Below, piece by piece: positions 14,000 through 28,268 of a stretch of 64,000 nucleotides of DNA. How positions within the stretch are numbered: position 1 is the stretch's first letter; every line of letters begins with the position of its first letter. This DNA is from Octopus vulgaris (taxonomy: Eukaryota). The notes under the pieces were generated by a model. The model saw only the letters and a list, made by a program, of their open reading frames with translations. It made no database searches and was not told where the DNA came from. The stretch is taken from the NCBI GenBank assembly GCA_951406725.2, contig OX597819.1:102238001-102302000 (forward strand). Reading direction: 5' to 3'. The position numbers and the translations under genes are program-made.

Positions 14000-14165
14000 G
14001 ATTTGTTTACATCACTTTTACTTAGCGGGTTGGCCAAACAGGTAAGAAGAAAAGCCCCAGGCTTCAAGAAATGTTAATCCTGGGGTCAGTTGCTCCAACT
14101 GAAACCCTTGAAGGCGATGCGAAATAATGGTCGCAGTCCAATGATTGAAACAAGTAAAAGAAATC
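14000..14165 (+). mobile_element. Decayed 3' half of SINE family B
   Basis: acttagcgggttggccaaa...tcctggggtc...tggtcgcagtccaatgattgaaacaagtaaaag. Confidence 0.65.
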
Positions 14166-14295
14166 ACTAAGTGTATATATTTTCATATATATATATATAC
14201 ACCCACATATATATCTGTATATATGAAGGAATAAGACAAAAGGTTGATGTATATATCATGGATATTATATGAGAAACAATAATCGTAGGTGTATA

Positions 14296-14344
<49 letters not shown>

Positions 14345-14362
14345 ATATATATGCATATATAC

Positions 14363-14404
<42 letters not shown>

Positions 14405-15483
14405 GCATATATACATATGTATATATATATATATATATATATGATGCATATATACATATTTATATGTGTACATATATATATATATTTATATATGCATCTA
14501 CATATATACGTATATATATACTTATATATATATATACATATATGCTTATATAGATATATACATATATATACATATATATATATGTATGAGTGTATGTATG
14601 TATGAATGAATGTATACATGTGTGCATGTATGTATAGTGGACATGTAGGAAGATAGCGAGCAAAAATGTAGATCGATCACCTTAAGTGAGTAGCGGTTTC
14701 GGATACATTTGGAATTGGGAAAAGAAATTGAACATAGAGGATGAGGCTTATGACACCATCATATGAATATTACCTGTAATTGAAAAGATAACAGACTATT
14801 TGAAAGATTGTACCAATTATGATGCTTTACTATATACTTAAAGTGTTTTTCCCTAAAGAAAATTTAGTTGCTCAGACAAATAAATGCACATCGTCAAAAT
14901 ACAAGGCATATATACATATGTGTGTGTGTGTGTGTGTGTGCTTTTATATAAATATGTATGCAAGTACATGTCTGTACATGTATCGGTATATATGCATATG
15001 TATGGATAAATACGCCAAGGATACTCTATATTCATATTGTATTCTATAACTAAAGAATGTCCAAGAAAATTGTGAAAACATGAAGCGTACTCACACACGC
15101 AATCACACATAAAAATGCATATATATATATATACATGCATATACATACATATACATAAAGAGAGATAAGTATGCACTTTAACATAAGCATACGTCAAGTG
15201 AGACAATTGTAGATGCTAAGGATCAAGAATTTTGGCACCTGGTTCCCGAATACAATTATACACACACACACACACATATATTTGTATATATTGATACATA
15301 CATATATCAATCTATCATATGTATGAGTGAGTGTGTAAATTTGTGTGTATGTGTGCATATATTATATATATATATGTATATAGTGATGAGAAACGCCCCA
15401 GATTGAGGAAATCACATAGACGACGGTGGTGCTACATCATGACCACGGTCGCATGGCTGTAACAAGTAAAAGAATAAAAGCAT

Positions 15484-15524
<41 letters not shown>

Positions 15525-15631
15525 TATGCACATGTACACATATATGTTACATATATGCATATGTATATATATATGTGTATATATATATATATATATACAT
15601 TTATATATATATATATATGTATATATCTATA

Positions 15632-15682
<51 letters not shown>

Positions 15683-15918
15683 ATATATGTATATACATAT
15701 ATGATATATAATATATATGTATACAAATATACACTTATGTATGTGTATATACATATATACATATGGCCGTAATATATAAGTATATATACAATTTTCAGTC
15801 ATCTTTCAGAGATGACTGAAGGAAATAAAAGAATATATGTGTGTGTGTATATTTATGCCTATATGATATTAATACTTATAACATTATGTAAGTATACATA
15901 AGGAATTTGATATATATA

Positions 15919-15995
<77 letters not shown>

Positions 15996-16409
15996 ACATT
16001 TTGTATTATATATAAAAGCATGCATGAAAAGATATAAACTAGAAGCATAACCTTACATATAGTCGCATATGTGGAATTTTGTGTGTTTGTGTGTTTTTGT
16101 GTGAGTGCATAAAAATATAGATTACTGAAGATGAGTGCAGGAAGGAATATATATACTCTTACATTTGAATAAAAGTAGAAGATATGAAAGAAAATCTCAA
16201 TTCTACGTGCATTAATTTCAATGCACATATGTCCACTCCTGTATTCACTCTCTCAGACAGACACATACCAATACATATATACACATATGAAAATATATGC
16301 ATGTACGTGCGTATATGCATGCATATATAAAGTTACAGTAGCAGCTCCATCACTCTGTCTCTGTCTCTCTGTGGATATATATATATATCTATGTATGTTT
16401 GTATGTATG

Positions 16410-16499
<90 letters not shown>

Positions 16500-17408
16500 A
16501 GGACTTATGCTCTTCATAAAAGAATAGCTTTTTTATGTATTTGCATGATATTATATATATAGAAATCGTAAATATTAACGTTGATAATTTTGGATGCATA
16601 CTTGAATGTATGTATATATAATATAAATGTGAAAAGCTCGGAGATTATTTATAAATTCATTATACATATAAAGAACTATTGTTTCCTTTATCATTAGATA
16701 TATATGTATACAACTCTTGCAAATATACATGAAAATATGCATGTTTTCAAATATATTGTGCATTTTTAAACAATACCTGTAGATTACGTATTACACCTCT
16801 CTCACTCTTTCACTCACACACACATATATATATATATATATTTGCATACATATTAAACACACGTATATACACATATGTATACACAATAGAATATGTATAT
16901 GCGTACAAACACATGAAACTCTAAGTAGTTATGCACCTGTATATGTATATATATATATATATATATATGCACATACATATATGAAATGCAGAGAGACACA
17001 TAAGTAAAAGAAGAGAGCTTATGTATATGCATGTATATAGAAGAGAGTTTATACATATGCATGTATAAATGGGCTCATACTCTTGTGTGTGAAATGCGTG
17101 CCCTACAATCTTATTCATACCACTTTTTGTTCTATAAAATGAAACACATTGAAGCCTATACACATATATATACTTGGAAATCTCTGCGAATGTATATATA
17201 CACATACACACATATATATACTGTGGCGCGTATAGATATTCTTGCATTGGTTTAGTGTCATGACAAAGCACATTCTGGGAACTGAATATATGCTGTGACG
17301 CAGACACTTTCACACCTACAAAATAACTTATATACATGTGTGTGAGTGGATTTGTGTGTCTTTGGGGGTGAATTGCGTATAGCAAGAAATGCACACACAT
17401 ACACTCGC

Positions 17409-17464
<56 letters not shown>

Positions 17465-17740
17465 ATATAAATATATACGTATATAATTAAATATCTATAT
17501 ATATAAATATATTTATACGCACATAAATATATTTATATGTCTATATATACATATATATATGTATATACATATATAAATATATATGTATGTATGCATATAT
17601 ATGTATATACATATATAAATATATATGTATGTATGCATATATATATATACATATATATATACATGTATATGTACACACGTATATGTAATTATACATGGAC
17701 ACATATACATACACACGCACACATTTATTAACACACACAG

Positions 17741-17847
<107 letters not shown>

Positions 17848-18416
17848 GTATCTATCTATCTATATATATGTATATATATATATATATGTATATAGTTATA
17901 TATATATATATATTGACACGTATATGTATTTATATTATAAGGAACATCGAGAGTTTGAGAAAATCAATTTATTTATATAATAGCCAATTTCATATCGCCT
18001 ACATACGTTTCAATTTCTTAGCTTCATTCGTATTTTGCAATTATTACTACTTTATGCATTTAAAATGCAAAAATTTCATCAGGGCAAAAATTGACAAAAA
18101 TTCTTTCTCATCGTACTGGAGAGAGTGTTGCTTACCAGCTGAAATAGGATCATGCTTTTATGTGTTTGTTTGTATCAACATGTGTGTCTTTTGGATTCTC
18201 TTCTGAAAATAGCTTGTGTTAAGCTACAACCACAGTGGACAATGGTTAGTTGGGTAAAATACTTCTCTGTCAGAGAGTATATATATATATATATATATAC
18301 CCACACTCATTTATTGTATATAAATATACATACAGATATAATACATGTTTATGGCTATATAGTTCATCTTCCACAAATAAATGAAAATATATATACACAC
18401 TCATACACACAGTATG

Positions 18417-18476
<60 letters not shown>

Positions 18477-19766
18477 AATATGTAGCCATATGTATATATG
18501 TATGTATGTATATATATACATATATATACATACAACTATGTGTGTCTTTGGGGTGTAGAGTATAGAGAAAAAATACCAACATACAGGCATATATATGTAA
18601 CCGAACATGAAACCAGTAGTAGCCTTAATTCACAAATATAGAAATTCTATCCACCAATGCGGTATTGAAAACTCATTTTCATCATTCGACACTAACGTAT
18701 ACATATACACACACATATATACACACATACACATACACACATATATATATATATATACACATATTATAATGGAATAATTACTGTGAAACGTATATATATA
18801 TATAGATATAGATATAGACATATCCATGTTTTTTTCTACATCTGTAAGTTCAAAGTATAGGGAAACGAATACAGTACAAAATGAGTGCCTGTTGCTAGTA
18901 CCCATACTTTAATTTTTTTTACTCAGGTCCGTTTATCTGGAAACTCGGAGTAATAAGTAACTGAACAGAATCTTAACACACTACTTAATAATTTTTCAGT
19001 GTCTCCCACACACATACACAGACGCTAATTCTCGTTTTCTTGGAGAACATGGCTTTGTAGGCATGTGAGTGTGTGCGTGTGTTTGTCTCTAAGTGTTTGT
19101 GAATGTGTATATGGAGAGAGAGAGAGAGAGGGAGAGAGAGAGGGAGAGAGAGAAATAGATAGACAGGTAGATATTTTATGCTTTTTTATGTTCAGTTATA
19201 ATAAAAACTGTATATTAATATAATGGGTTACCCTGTACTTTACTACTAGAGTGCAGATTTATTATTCATAAACTAGAATAAACTAGACAGTAACCTCGAA
19301 GTTTCGGCAAGTTGAACCATCGTCGGAAAATTTCATGAGTATGTGAATGTGTGAGATTGTATGTAGTTGAATGATGTATATTAAAGTGCAACTGAGTTTT
19401 GTGGTGCTCTAATTTACAATACATAATCTCCTCTTAGTTCGTAAGTGGATTTAGACAAGTATACATAATATATATATGTGTATGTGTGTGTGTGTGTTTG
19501 TGTCTGTATATGTATGAATTATACATACACATATATATTTCATATATGCATATGTGTGTATAAGTATATATATATGCGTGTGTATAGATATATATATATA
19601 TATATATGTACATATATAAAGGCATATGCATATATGTGTCTATATATATATATATATGTGTGTATATATACGCATATGAACATATATATGCATGTATATA
19701 TATGTTATATAGTTACACACACACATATATATATACAGTCACACAAGCACACAAACGTAGGCACTA

Positions 19767-19814
<48 letters not shown>

Positions 19815-20352
19815 GTCCCAATTTAGAATATTTGAACCTGATTTACACTTTTTAAATATTAATGGACACTGCGGTTTAATAAATCGAAACAGGTTTAACC
19901 GGCACGTGCAGAAAAATATGTATATCCTTTGACATCTGTTCAAGTAGAATTTCCTCTTAACTTGGCATTTATAGCTGCAACACGGTCGTACTGTGGGGCC
20001 CATTGACACTCATACCTGTAAAGCCATTTGTTGATTGTTACCTATATATATTATAGAAGTATTGGTAGAATGACCATCTTCAGCTATTTCAGAATTTGCA
20101 TATAATCTTTGCACATATCTGAATGCACACACACACATGAACACCCTTACACGCACACAGTCACACACATACATCTGTGTGGGTTAATATATCTGTTTAG
20201 TCTTTCCGTATGTCTGCGCTTTTGTGTGTTTGTGTGTGTGTATGTTCCCCGTGTGCATGTGTGTGTGTGTGTGTGTGTTAGTATATGCAATGAATATAGG
20301 ATTGTGTGTATTAGAGGGTTAATTAATATATATCTACATATTTCGCTCATTC

Positions 20353-20408
<56 letters not shown>

Positions 20409-20462
20409 GATATATGTGTATGTGTGTATATATATGTGTGTGTATGTCTGTGCGCGCGTGTA

Positions 20463-20494
<32 letters not shown>

Positions 20495-20910
20495 CACACA
20501 TACAAACGCACATTTTGTGTCTGGTTGTATGTATATATACACACACAAATACGTATATATATATATATACACTAATAGACATATACACATATATTTGCAT
20601 ATACACTAACAGGCATACGCTGATCCTTTACGTAGAAGTATTCTTTTTTTTTGTTTTTAATGTAGTTCTTTAATATTTTTATTATTATTAGTTTCAAACT
20701 TAGGCGTTGTCCGATTTTGAATGATTGGGACGGGTCAATTTAATTTAATTTAATTTAAGTACCTCTCAAGTACTGAGTTACTGGAGGATTCAGCCTTTAG
20801 ACATTCCTTTGATAGAGAAGTAATCACCACCATTATTGTTATTATTATTATTAAATAATTATATAAATAAAATAATAATAATTATTATTACCATTATTAT
20901 CATTGTTATA

Positions 20911-20957
<47 letters not shown>

Positions 20958-20959
<2 letters not shown>

Positions 20960-21125
20960 GCCCGTCGCTACGTTCTGAGTTCAATTTCTGCCGAGGTCGA
21001 CTTTACATTTCATCCTTCCGGAGTCGATCAAATAAGTACCAGCTACGCACTGGGGTCGATGTAATCGACTAATCCCCGCCCACAAAATTTCAGGCCTTGT
21101 GCCTATAGTAGAAAGGATTATTATT
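20958..21125 (+). mobile_element. SINE family A (Meta-domain-like), 5'-truncated, tail type 2
   Basis: gttctgagttcaa...gaggtcgactttacatttcatccttccggagtcgatcaaataagtaccag resembles the MetaSINE central domain as I recall it. The tail is aaatttcaggccttgtgcctatagtagaaaggattatt. Confidence 0.8.
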
Positions 21126-21139
21126 ATCATTAATAGCTG

Positions 21140-22150
21140 TCTTTATGTTCTGAGTTCAAAATCCTCCGAGCTGGACTTTGCCTTTCATCTTTTCAGCATC
21201 GGTAAAATAAGTAAGTACTGTCCGATGTAATTGATGTAACACCTCACCCAAAATTTAAGTCTTTCTGCCAATAGTAGAAATGACCATTATTATCAATGTG
21301 ATGGTCAAGCAAGATCGCGACAATGCCGGAGTAATGGTATTCCTATATTTCTTTCAGCGTCTTGCTTGTCTGTGTTCAAATGTCGACGAGCCGTGTTTGC
21401 CCTTTTCTGTCTCAGGGTTACAGACAGTTAATGTACCTGGGGTCGATGTCATCGTTATACACCTTTCATATGACGTTTGTCCGAGAAAAGATCCCAGTTG
21501 CTATTTAATCTAAAATTCCAATCTTTCCTCGGAGAATTTAACCTTTCATCTTGTACAGAGTATATAAAAAGAAAATATCAGTAAAATAATTGGGTCGACT
21601 GACTAAATCCTACAGATATGTGGATTTCTGTCTATATGAAAAATGCTTATCATGAAAATTATAATGTTGGCTACGTAAAATCTTTGAGCCGCCATATTAA
21701 ATGTCTTGTGGCGGTATATAGTAGCAGCTCCTTATGTTTCCAGTTCAAACCGCACTGCGGGCAAGAAAATGTATTACCTGCTATGAATTTCTGTTCCAAT
21801 TAATCGTTTGTAGGTAGCCATTCTTGTAAAATATGAATTTCTGTGACCCGTATCAAATATGAGTTTAGCTCTTCGAATGGATCGAATTTACCTGCTGGTT
21901 TAAAACAAGTAGTTAAATACTTGGGTCAATTAAAGCTCAGTATAACATTCCTCAGAACTTTTAAATGGGCATGCGTGTGTGCAATGGCAAAATTGTAAAG
22001 ACCTCAGAAGAAGAGGTTTGCGTTGATTGTTGCGGCATTTTACATTCTGAGTTCAAATCTAACCGAAGGCAAATTTATCCTTTTTTTTTTTTTTTTGCAG
22101 ACTGATTAAGCGAAATAACCCTGAGGTGCTAATATAATTGACTAACACTT
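21140..22150 (+). mobile_element. Run of several further, heavily decayed family-A copies in the same orientation
   Basis: Repeated gttcaaa / ctttcatc / ggggtcga remnants near 21150, 21375, 21540, 21742 and 22050. Confidence 0.5.
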
Positions 22151-22974
22151 TACTCCTAATTTCTGATATTGTAATCTTTTCATTAAACGGTGATTGTTGT
22201 TGTTATAAATATATTTCCGTTTTTGCAGCTGCTTCTCGTGAAATTAAAATGAAATACTTGAAATTAATATAAATGCAATACGTGCGAATGACGAATCTAC
22301 TTGACAGATATAGCAGCCAAATTTAAACGCCCCTCTTATCAATTAAGACAGTACCTCTTTTTAAATATTGAAAAAGACATAAAACAAAACCCCAACGCGG
22401 TCTTAACTGTGAAGACGAAAACAAAGTGACCATCTAAATAATTATTTGACAATGTAATCCTGAATATCTTTAGACCATAGATCAACGACATAAAATAGAC
22501 TACAGATCCGTAGAACAACACTGTTTAGTGTGGTTGAGTTTCAAATGTATTTAATAAAGGGATCCGCCACTATATAAATACCGAATTAGGATCTTGTTAA
22601 ATTTGTTCTCACCACTTTAAATAATTTCAAATTTTCAACAGATTGTTGAATTTTTCTACACCTATGTAAGTTCTTTCTTATTAAATTCAAGGAAGAAAGA
22701 ATGTGATTTACGACATCAGCATGCAAGGCTACAATTTTTGAAAGTAATCTAGTGAAAATTTGAATTACTTCAAGTGGGTGGGAAAATTTTAACAAGATCC
22801 CAGAATTACAGAAAACACAATTGTATATTTAATGTGCTAGGTATGTAGGCCTCCAATATGTGTGTGTGTGCGCGCACACACGCGTCTGTGTATGTGATTT
22901 ATGAGTGTGTGTCTGTGTGATATGACTGTCTTTGTGTGTATGCATGTGTGTGTGCGTGTGTTTATATGTCATCG

Positions 22975-23100
22975 TTCGTGGCCGTATGGTCAACGTGTTA
23001 GTGCTACGATCATAACAACATAGTTTCGATTCTCACACCGGGCGGCACGTATTCCTCAGTGTTCTCAACTGAAAACAAATACCGACCGCGACTGCTGTTA
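22975..23100 (+). mobile_element. Decayed tRNA-like SINE head
   Basis: A-box-like gtggccgtatggtc and B-box-like gtttcgattctc at tRNA-like spacing; no intact cloverleaf. Confidence 0.4.
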
Positions 23101-23596
23101 CAGTCCCGTGTCTCTCCCTCCAGCAGTCGCATCGTGGATGGTCTACTGGGTTAAGGGTGGGTGGGCCGAGAATTTGTCCATGTCTGCTTAAGAATTAAAC
23201 AACATAGGCACCTAAAACAATTGGCGAAATATCGGTAGATTTATTTAACCAAGTCATACTTACTTGCGAGTGACGGCGATTCTTTATGTAACAAAGACTT
23301 ATCTAATACACATAACAACAAAAACAGTCGCTCACAATTAGTGCGTCCCGTGTCACGCAATGGGACTGTAATACTTTTTTTTTTACATGTATAAATCATA
23401 TGGCAAGGGAACTCAACGTGCCTTACACCCACGTCACAGCAATTCAAATTTGTGTGTGTGTGTTCGAATACATATATAGACATGCATAACTATATGTATC
23501 TATACACACACTCACATATATATACATAAAATTTACATACACAAAGACGCACACATGGATGTGTGTGTATATTTATATATATATATGTGTACATGC

Positions 23597-23702
<106 letters not shown>

Positions 23703-24120
23703 TCCAAGCTGCTGCTGCTATGTGACAATAAAAGGCAGAGACGTATGAGTGTCAAAGTGTATACAATACTTTAATCCATGTTTGTTATTATGCTGACGTA
23801 AAACACCTTTATTATAAGTCTCTGTGACTCTTGTAAGCTCTGTAGTCTATTGTCGTAATATTTTATATAATAAATATATTGCTATCGTTGTTGTTGTATA
23901 CTTGTTGTTAGTTTGTATTGTTTAAGTTGTTGTTTTCCGTGCTGATGCTCTTATTATCGTGTCATATACTATTTTTTTTTCCTTTTTTTTTTCCAATTAT
24001 CAGATTCGTTAAGTCAAATCTTGGTATTGAGTCACGTTCCTATTTAATAAACTATGCAAAGTCATTATTAAATGTCCTCAATAGTTGAAAATATTAGTTA
24101 ATTTATTCTTCAAATATTAC

Positions 24121-24334
24121 AAGGCAGTGAGTGAGATGGCAGAATCCTTAGATTGTCGGACAAAATACTTCGAGGCATTTCTCTGGTTTTACATCCCGAG
24201 TTCAAATTCCGCAAATGTCAACGTTGGCCTTTCATTTTTTCGGTGTCGGAGTACCAGTTGCGCATTGGATTCAGTGAAATCGGTGATCCCTTTCCCCCAA
24301 AATTGCTGACACTGTGCCAGAATTTGAAACAATT
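24121..24334 (+). mobile_element. Decayed SINE family A copy
   Basis: tggcagaatc head, gagttcaaattccgc B box, gcctttcat, gtaccagtt and a ccccaaaatt tail. Confidence 0.6.
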
Positions 24335-24822
24335 CCTCAGATATCACCCTAACCTAACTTTAAAAGGAAAGAGAGACTGGGTCGTGAAGTCGCTGATAAA
24401 CAAAAGGTTGATATATTCGAAGATATATCGTATTTCAGGTCAAAACATTTAAGGTTGATCGAAAACTACAATAACAACTTCATCAACAACAAAATCATTT
24501 ATGAAATCGCTACGAATATTATGAAGACACTGATTACAAGTGCGACGTGTAAACTATTTCAACATATCGAGTCCGAAGCGTTAGAAGATACACTCAGGTT
24601 GTCATTATTGTCATTTAGCCCCCAGGTCAGTGGTGACCCAGCAGCCCTTAAGGTCAAAGATTTTCTCAAAATTACTATCATTTCGTTTGCTTAGGTGTAT
24701 CTACGACATATTATACGTTGTGTTCTTTGAACTGTTACATCTGGCAAGACAAATGATCATACAAAGGACTTGTTTGTGCCTAATATAAATTCTTACAGAT
24801 AAATGTGTGTGTCCATATGTAT

Positions 24823-24875
<53 letters not shown>

Positions 24876-24924
24876 ATCTCTATATATACACATATGTGTG
24901 TATATACTTATATAAATAGATAAA

Positions 24925-24981
<57 letters not shown>

Positions 24982-25024
24982 TATATGCATAAAAACATCC
25001 TTAGACATGTATATAATAAAGTTG

Positions 25025-25216
25025 CATTGATTGTTTGGTAAGAAGTTTGCTTCCTAACCACACTGTGCCGGGTTCAGTCCCACTGCGTGGCAACTTATGC
25101 AAGTGTCTTCTTCTATAGACTCGGGTCGACCAAAGGCTTATGAGTAGATTTGGTAGACGGAAACTGAAAGAAGGCTGTTGTGTACATGTATGTACGTATG
25201 TGTATATATGTATGTA

Positions 25217-25250
<34 letters not shown>

Positions 25251-25455
25251 TACATACATTTATGTGTGTCTGTGTTTGTCCGCCTCCATCGCTTGACAAC
25301 CGATGTTGATATATTTACGTACCCGTAACTTGGCGGTTCGGCAAAGAGACTGACAGAATAAGTACTAAGATTACAAAGAATAATTCCTAGGGTCGATTTG
25401 TTCGACTAAAGGTGGTGCTCCAACGTAGGGGAACAAGTAAAAGAATAAAAGAATA
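25025..25455 (+). mobile_element. Near full-length SINE family B with internal microsatellite
   Basis: Head, CORE-like ttatgcaagtgtcttc, ggtagacggaaactgaaagaag, a (TA)n spacer, then the 3' half ending aacaagtaaaagaataaaag. Confidence 0.85.
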
Positions 25456-25614
25456 TAGTATAGTATATATTATATTGAGTGCAGTAGTGTGCAATTCCCT
25501 CTTTTACCAAAAGCCAATCACTAGTCAATATGATTGACTAGTAAAAAGGTGATTGCACTGGCAGTGCTCTAGTATGGCCACAGCCTCAAGACTGAAACGT
25601 ATAAAAGAATAAAG

Positions 25615-25658
<44 letters not shown>

Positions 25659-26187
25659 TGGTTGGGCAATTTATTAGACTTCTAACCGTGGTAATCCAAT
25701 GTTTTTTTCTTTATATGTCAGCTATTGCTCTGATTATATTTTCTTCAAACCATTCTAAAGTAACATCTGAGGGAGGATTGAACAATTCTTTCTGTATGTG
25801 CAGAGTTTAGTTAGGTGTAATTTTTTGTTGGTAAATAGAAACATTTTATCGTTGCTCGAAGGTATTATGTCACTAAAAGTACATTGTTATACGGTGTAGT
25901 TAAGGCAAAATTTCGGATAAAATATTGGAGAAATGAAAGTATTTGTTCGAAAATGTTTTTTTATTTCTTTAATTTTTTTTCAGCAAAATCGTATAAATAA
26001 TATGCGTATAAATTTTTTTGTATATAAATATCTGTGTATATTAGTATGTGTATGTAGATTATATTTGTGTATATATGTGTATACACGTGTATAATTTTGT
26101 ATACATGTGCATACACAAATAAACTTACATAAACACATAATACATAAGCATATGCGATTTAACTGAAAAAAGTTTTGCAGAAATATA

Positions 26188-26383
26188 TTCTTTTCTACTC
26201 TAGGCTCAAGGCCCGAAATTTTGAGGGAGGGGGCAAGTCGATTACATTGAAACCAGTACGCAACTGTTACTTAATTCATCGACCCCGAAAGGATGAAAGG
26301 TAAAGTCGACCTCAGCGGAATTTGAACTCAGAACGGAAAGCATTTCGCCCGGGGAACTAACGTTTCTGCCAGCTCGCCGCCTT
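26188..26383 (-). mobile_element. SINE family A, tail type 2, minus strand
   Basis: The reverse complement begins ggcggcgagctggcagaaacgttag and contains gagttcaaattccgctgaggtcgactttacctttcatcctttcggggtcgat. Confidence 0.9.
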
Positions 26384-26654
26384 ATTTTACAGATATATTT
26401 TTTTTAAATGTTATAAACGAACATATAGTTTCACTTCTCGTATGATTTCTTTGAAAGATTGTCGTGACTAATGATTTGTATAATTTATAACACACTGTAT
26501 GTCACTCACAAAAGTGGGTTGAGTACTGTTAGCTTTGCCCGCGATACAAAATATTAAACTAGGTATTTATATATTTTGTACTTGAGTTCGCATACTGTCT
26601 TATAAATATTTTGATAATAATTTATCATAATTATTAGTATCACAATTATTATTA

Positions 26655-26710
26655 CTGTTGTTGTTATTATTATTATTATTATTATTATTAATAATAATAA
26701 TAATAATAAC

Positions 26711-26760
<50 letters not shown>
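26655..26760. repeat. (TTA)n abutting (TAA)n: inverted trinucleotide microsatellite
   Basis: Direct reading; the axis of symmetry is near 26689. Confidence 0.9.
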
Positions 26761-26762
<2 letters not shown>

Positions 26763-26928
26763 CGGTGAGCTGGCAGAATTGTTAGCACGCCGGGTGAAAT
26801 GCTTAACGGCATTTCGTCCGTGTTTACTTTCTGAGTTCAAATTACGCAGAGGTCGATTTTTGCCTTTCATCATTTCGGGGTCCCCTCCCCACAAATTTCA
26901 GGCCTTTTGCCTTTAGTAGAAAGGATTA

Positions 26929-26935
<7 letters not shown>
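26761..26935 (+). mobile_element. SINE family A, tail type 2, internally deleted
   Basis: gcggtgagctggcagaattgttagcacgccgggtgaaatgc...gagttcaaattacgcagaggtcgat...caaatttcaggccttttgcctttagtagaaaggatt. Confidence 0.9.
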
Positions 26936-26967
<32 letters not shown>

Positions 26968-27097
26968 GTTGGGTGATTGCACTTGTATTCGTCATCTCAC
27001 TGTTGTTTCTTATAATCTTAAATCGAGTTATGATACTGTTGATATCATCACCTGAGCTGTTATTATACTTTATGATAACACACACACACACATACAC

Positions 27098-27193
<96 letters not shown>
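27098..27193. repeat. (GATA)n microsatellite
   Basis: Direct reading of the sequence. Confidence 0.95.
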
Positions 27194-27572
27194 CGGATCT
27201 CCTGAAGTTGTTATGGTATGGGCGGTATATACTTAGAAAAAAAGTACACACACACACATCTAGAAAAGTGTATAGAAACGTGTTATGCTATACACAATAG
27301 GTAAAGAATAAGTTAGATGAAAATAACTTTGACAGTAATGGAGTGTTGAAATGTTCAGACAAGGGTAAACAACTTACGGATGGTTATAGGTATTTACCAG
27401 TGTGTATGTGTGTAAAAAAGTGAGAGATACACAAAGAGAATTTAAACACACACACACACACATAATTATAGGTATGTCTGTCTCTATACCTATCTATCTC
27501 AATTTACATGCACATATGTATACACACAGACACACATACATATATATGTATATATATATGCATATATATATG

Positions 27573-27607
<35 letters not shown>

Positions 27608-28231
27608 CAACACACATCTATATAAAAACGTAAATGAACATAATAAGCATCGAGATGTGTGTATGTATATATATATATATATGTATATATATTTGTGTGT
27701 GTGTGTGTGTAAGCTACATTTAGATTCATTAGTGTTTCTGGTCGCTTTGGAGCCTTGTTTCTGTATTTAGCTAGTTGTATTATATACCCTACTGAATCTA
27801 AATTTAGATTACATAGTGCCTGTGACGGTGTGAACTTGCTAGCCACCTTATTATTACCTTATTAATGTCAGTAATAACGGTAATAATACATCTTTATTTA
27901 AATTATATATGTATAAAGATATATGTAGTGGGGGGTAAAAATGCACATAGGCATAGAAATGTGTGTATAATCCAAGTGAAAATTAATGTTATAAGTAACA
28001 ATAAAAAGCACCTAGCAGATCTGTCTACCCTACATTGATTTGAAACCGCCATCTCAGGTTGGTTTGCCGGTGGCCGGGTCGTACAACGTTTAGCTATAAT
28101 TAATTACTCAGGGTCTAAATACGGTGACAATTCAATACAACACTTAATTGTGCTAATAATATAATTGTTTTGTGTGTAGGTGTAATTCTGTTTGTCAGTG
28201 TCTGCAAGTGTATATATGTAAGTGTATTGTT

Positions 28232-28268
<37 letters not shown>

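Noticed and set aside
20016-20083. Possible minus-strand exon 2 (AEDGHSTNTSIIYIGNNQQMALQ) with a CAG|GTATGA donor
   Set aside because: The acceptor has a poor pyrimidine tract and the peptide has no recognisable similarity. It cannot be supported without RNA-seq.
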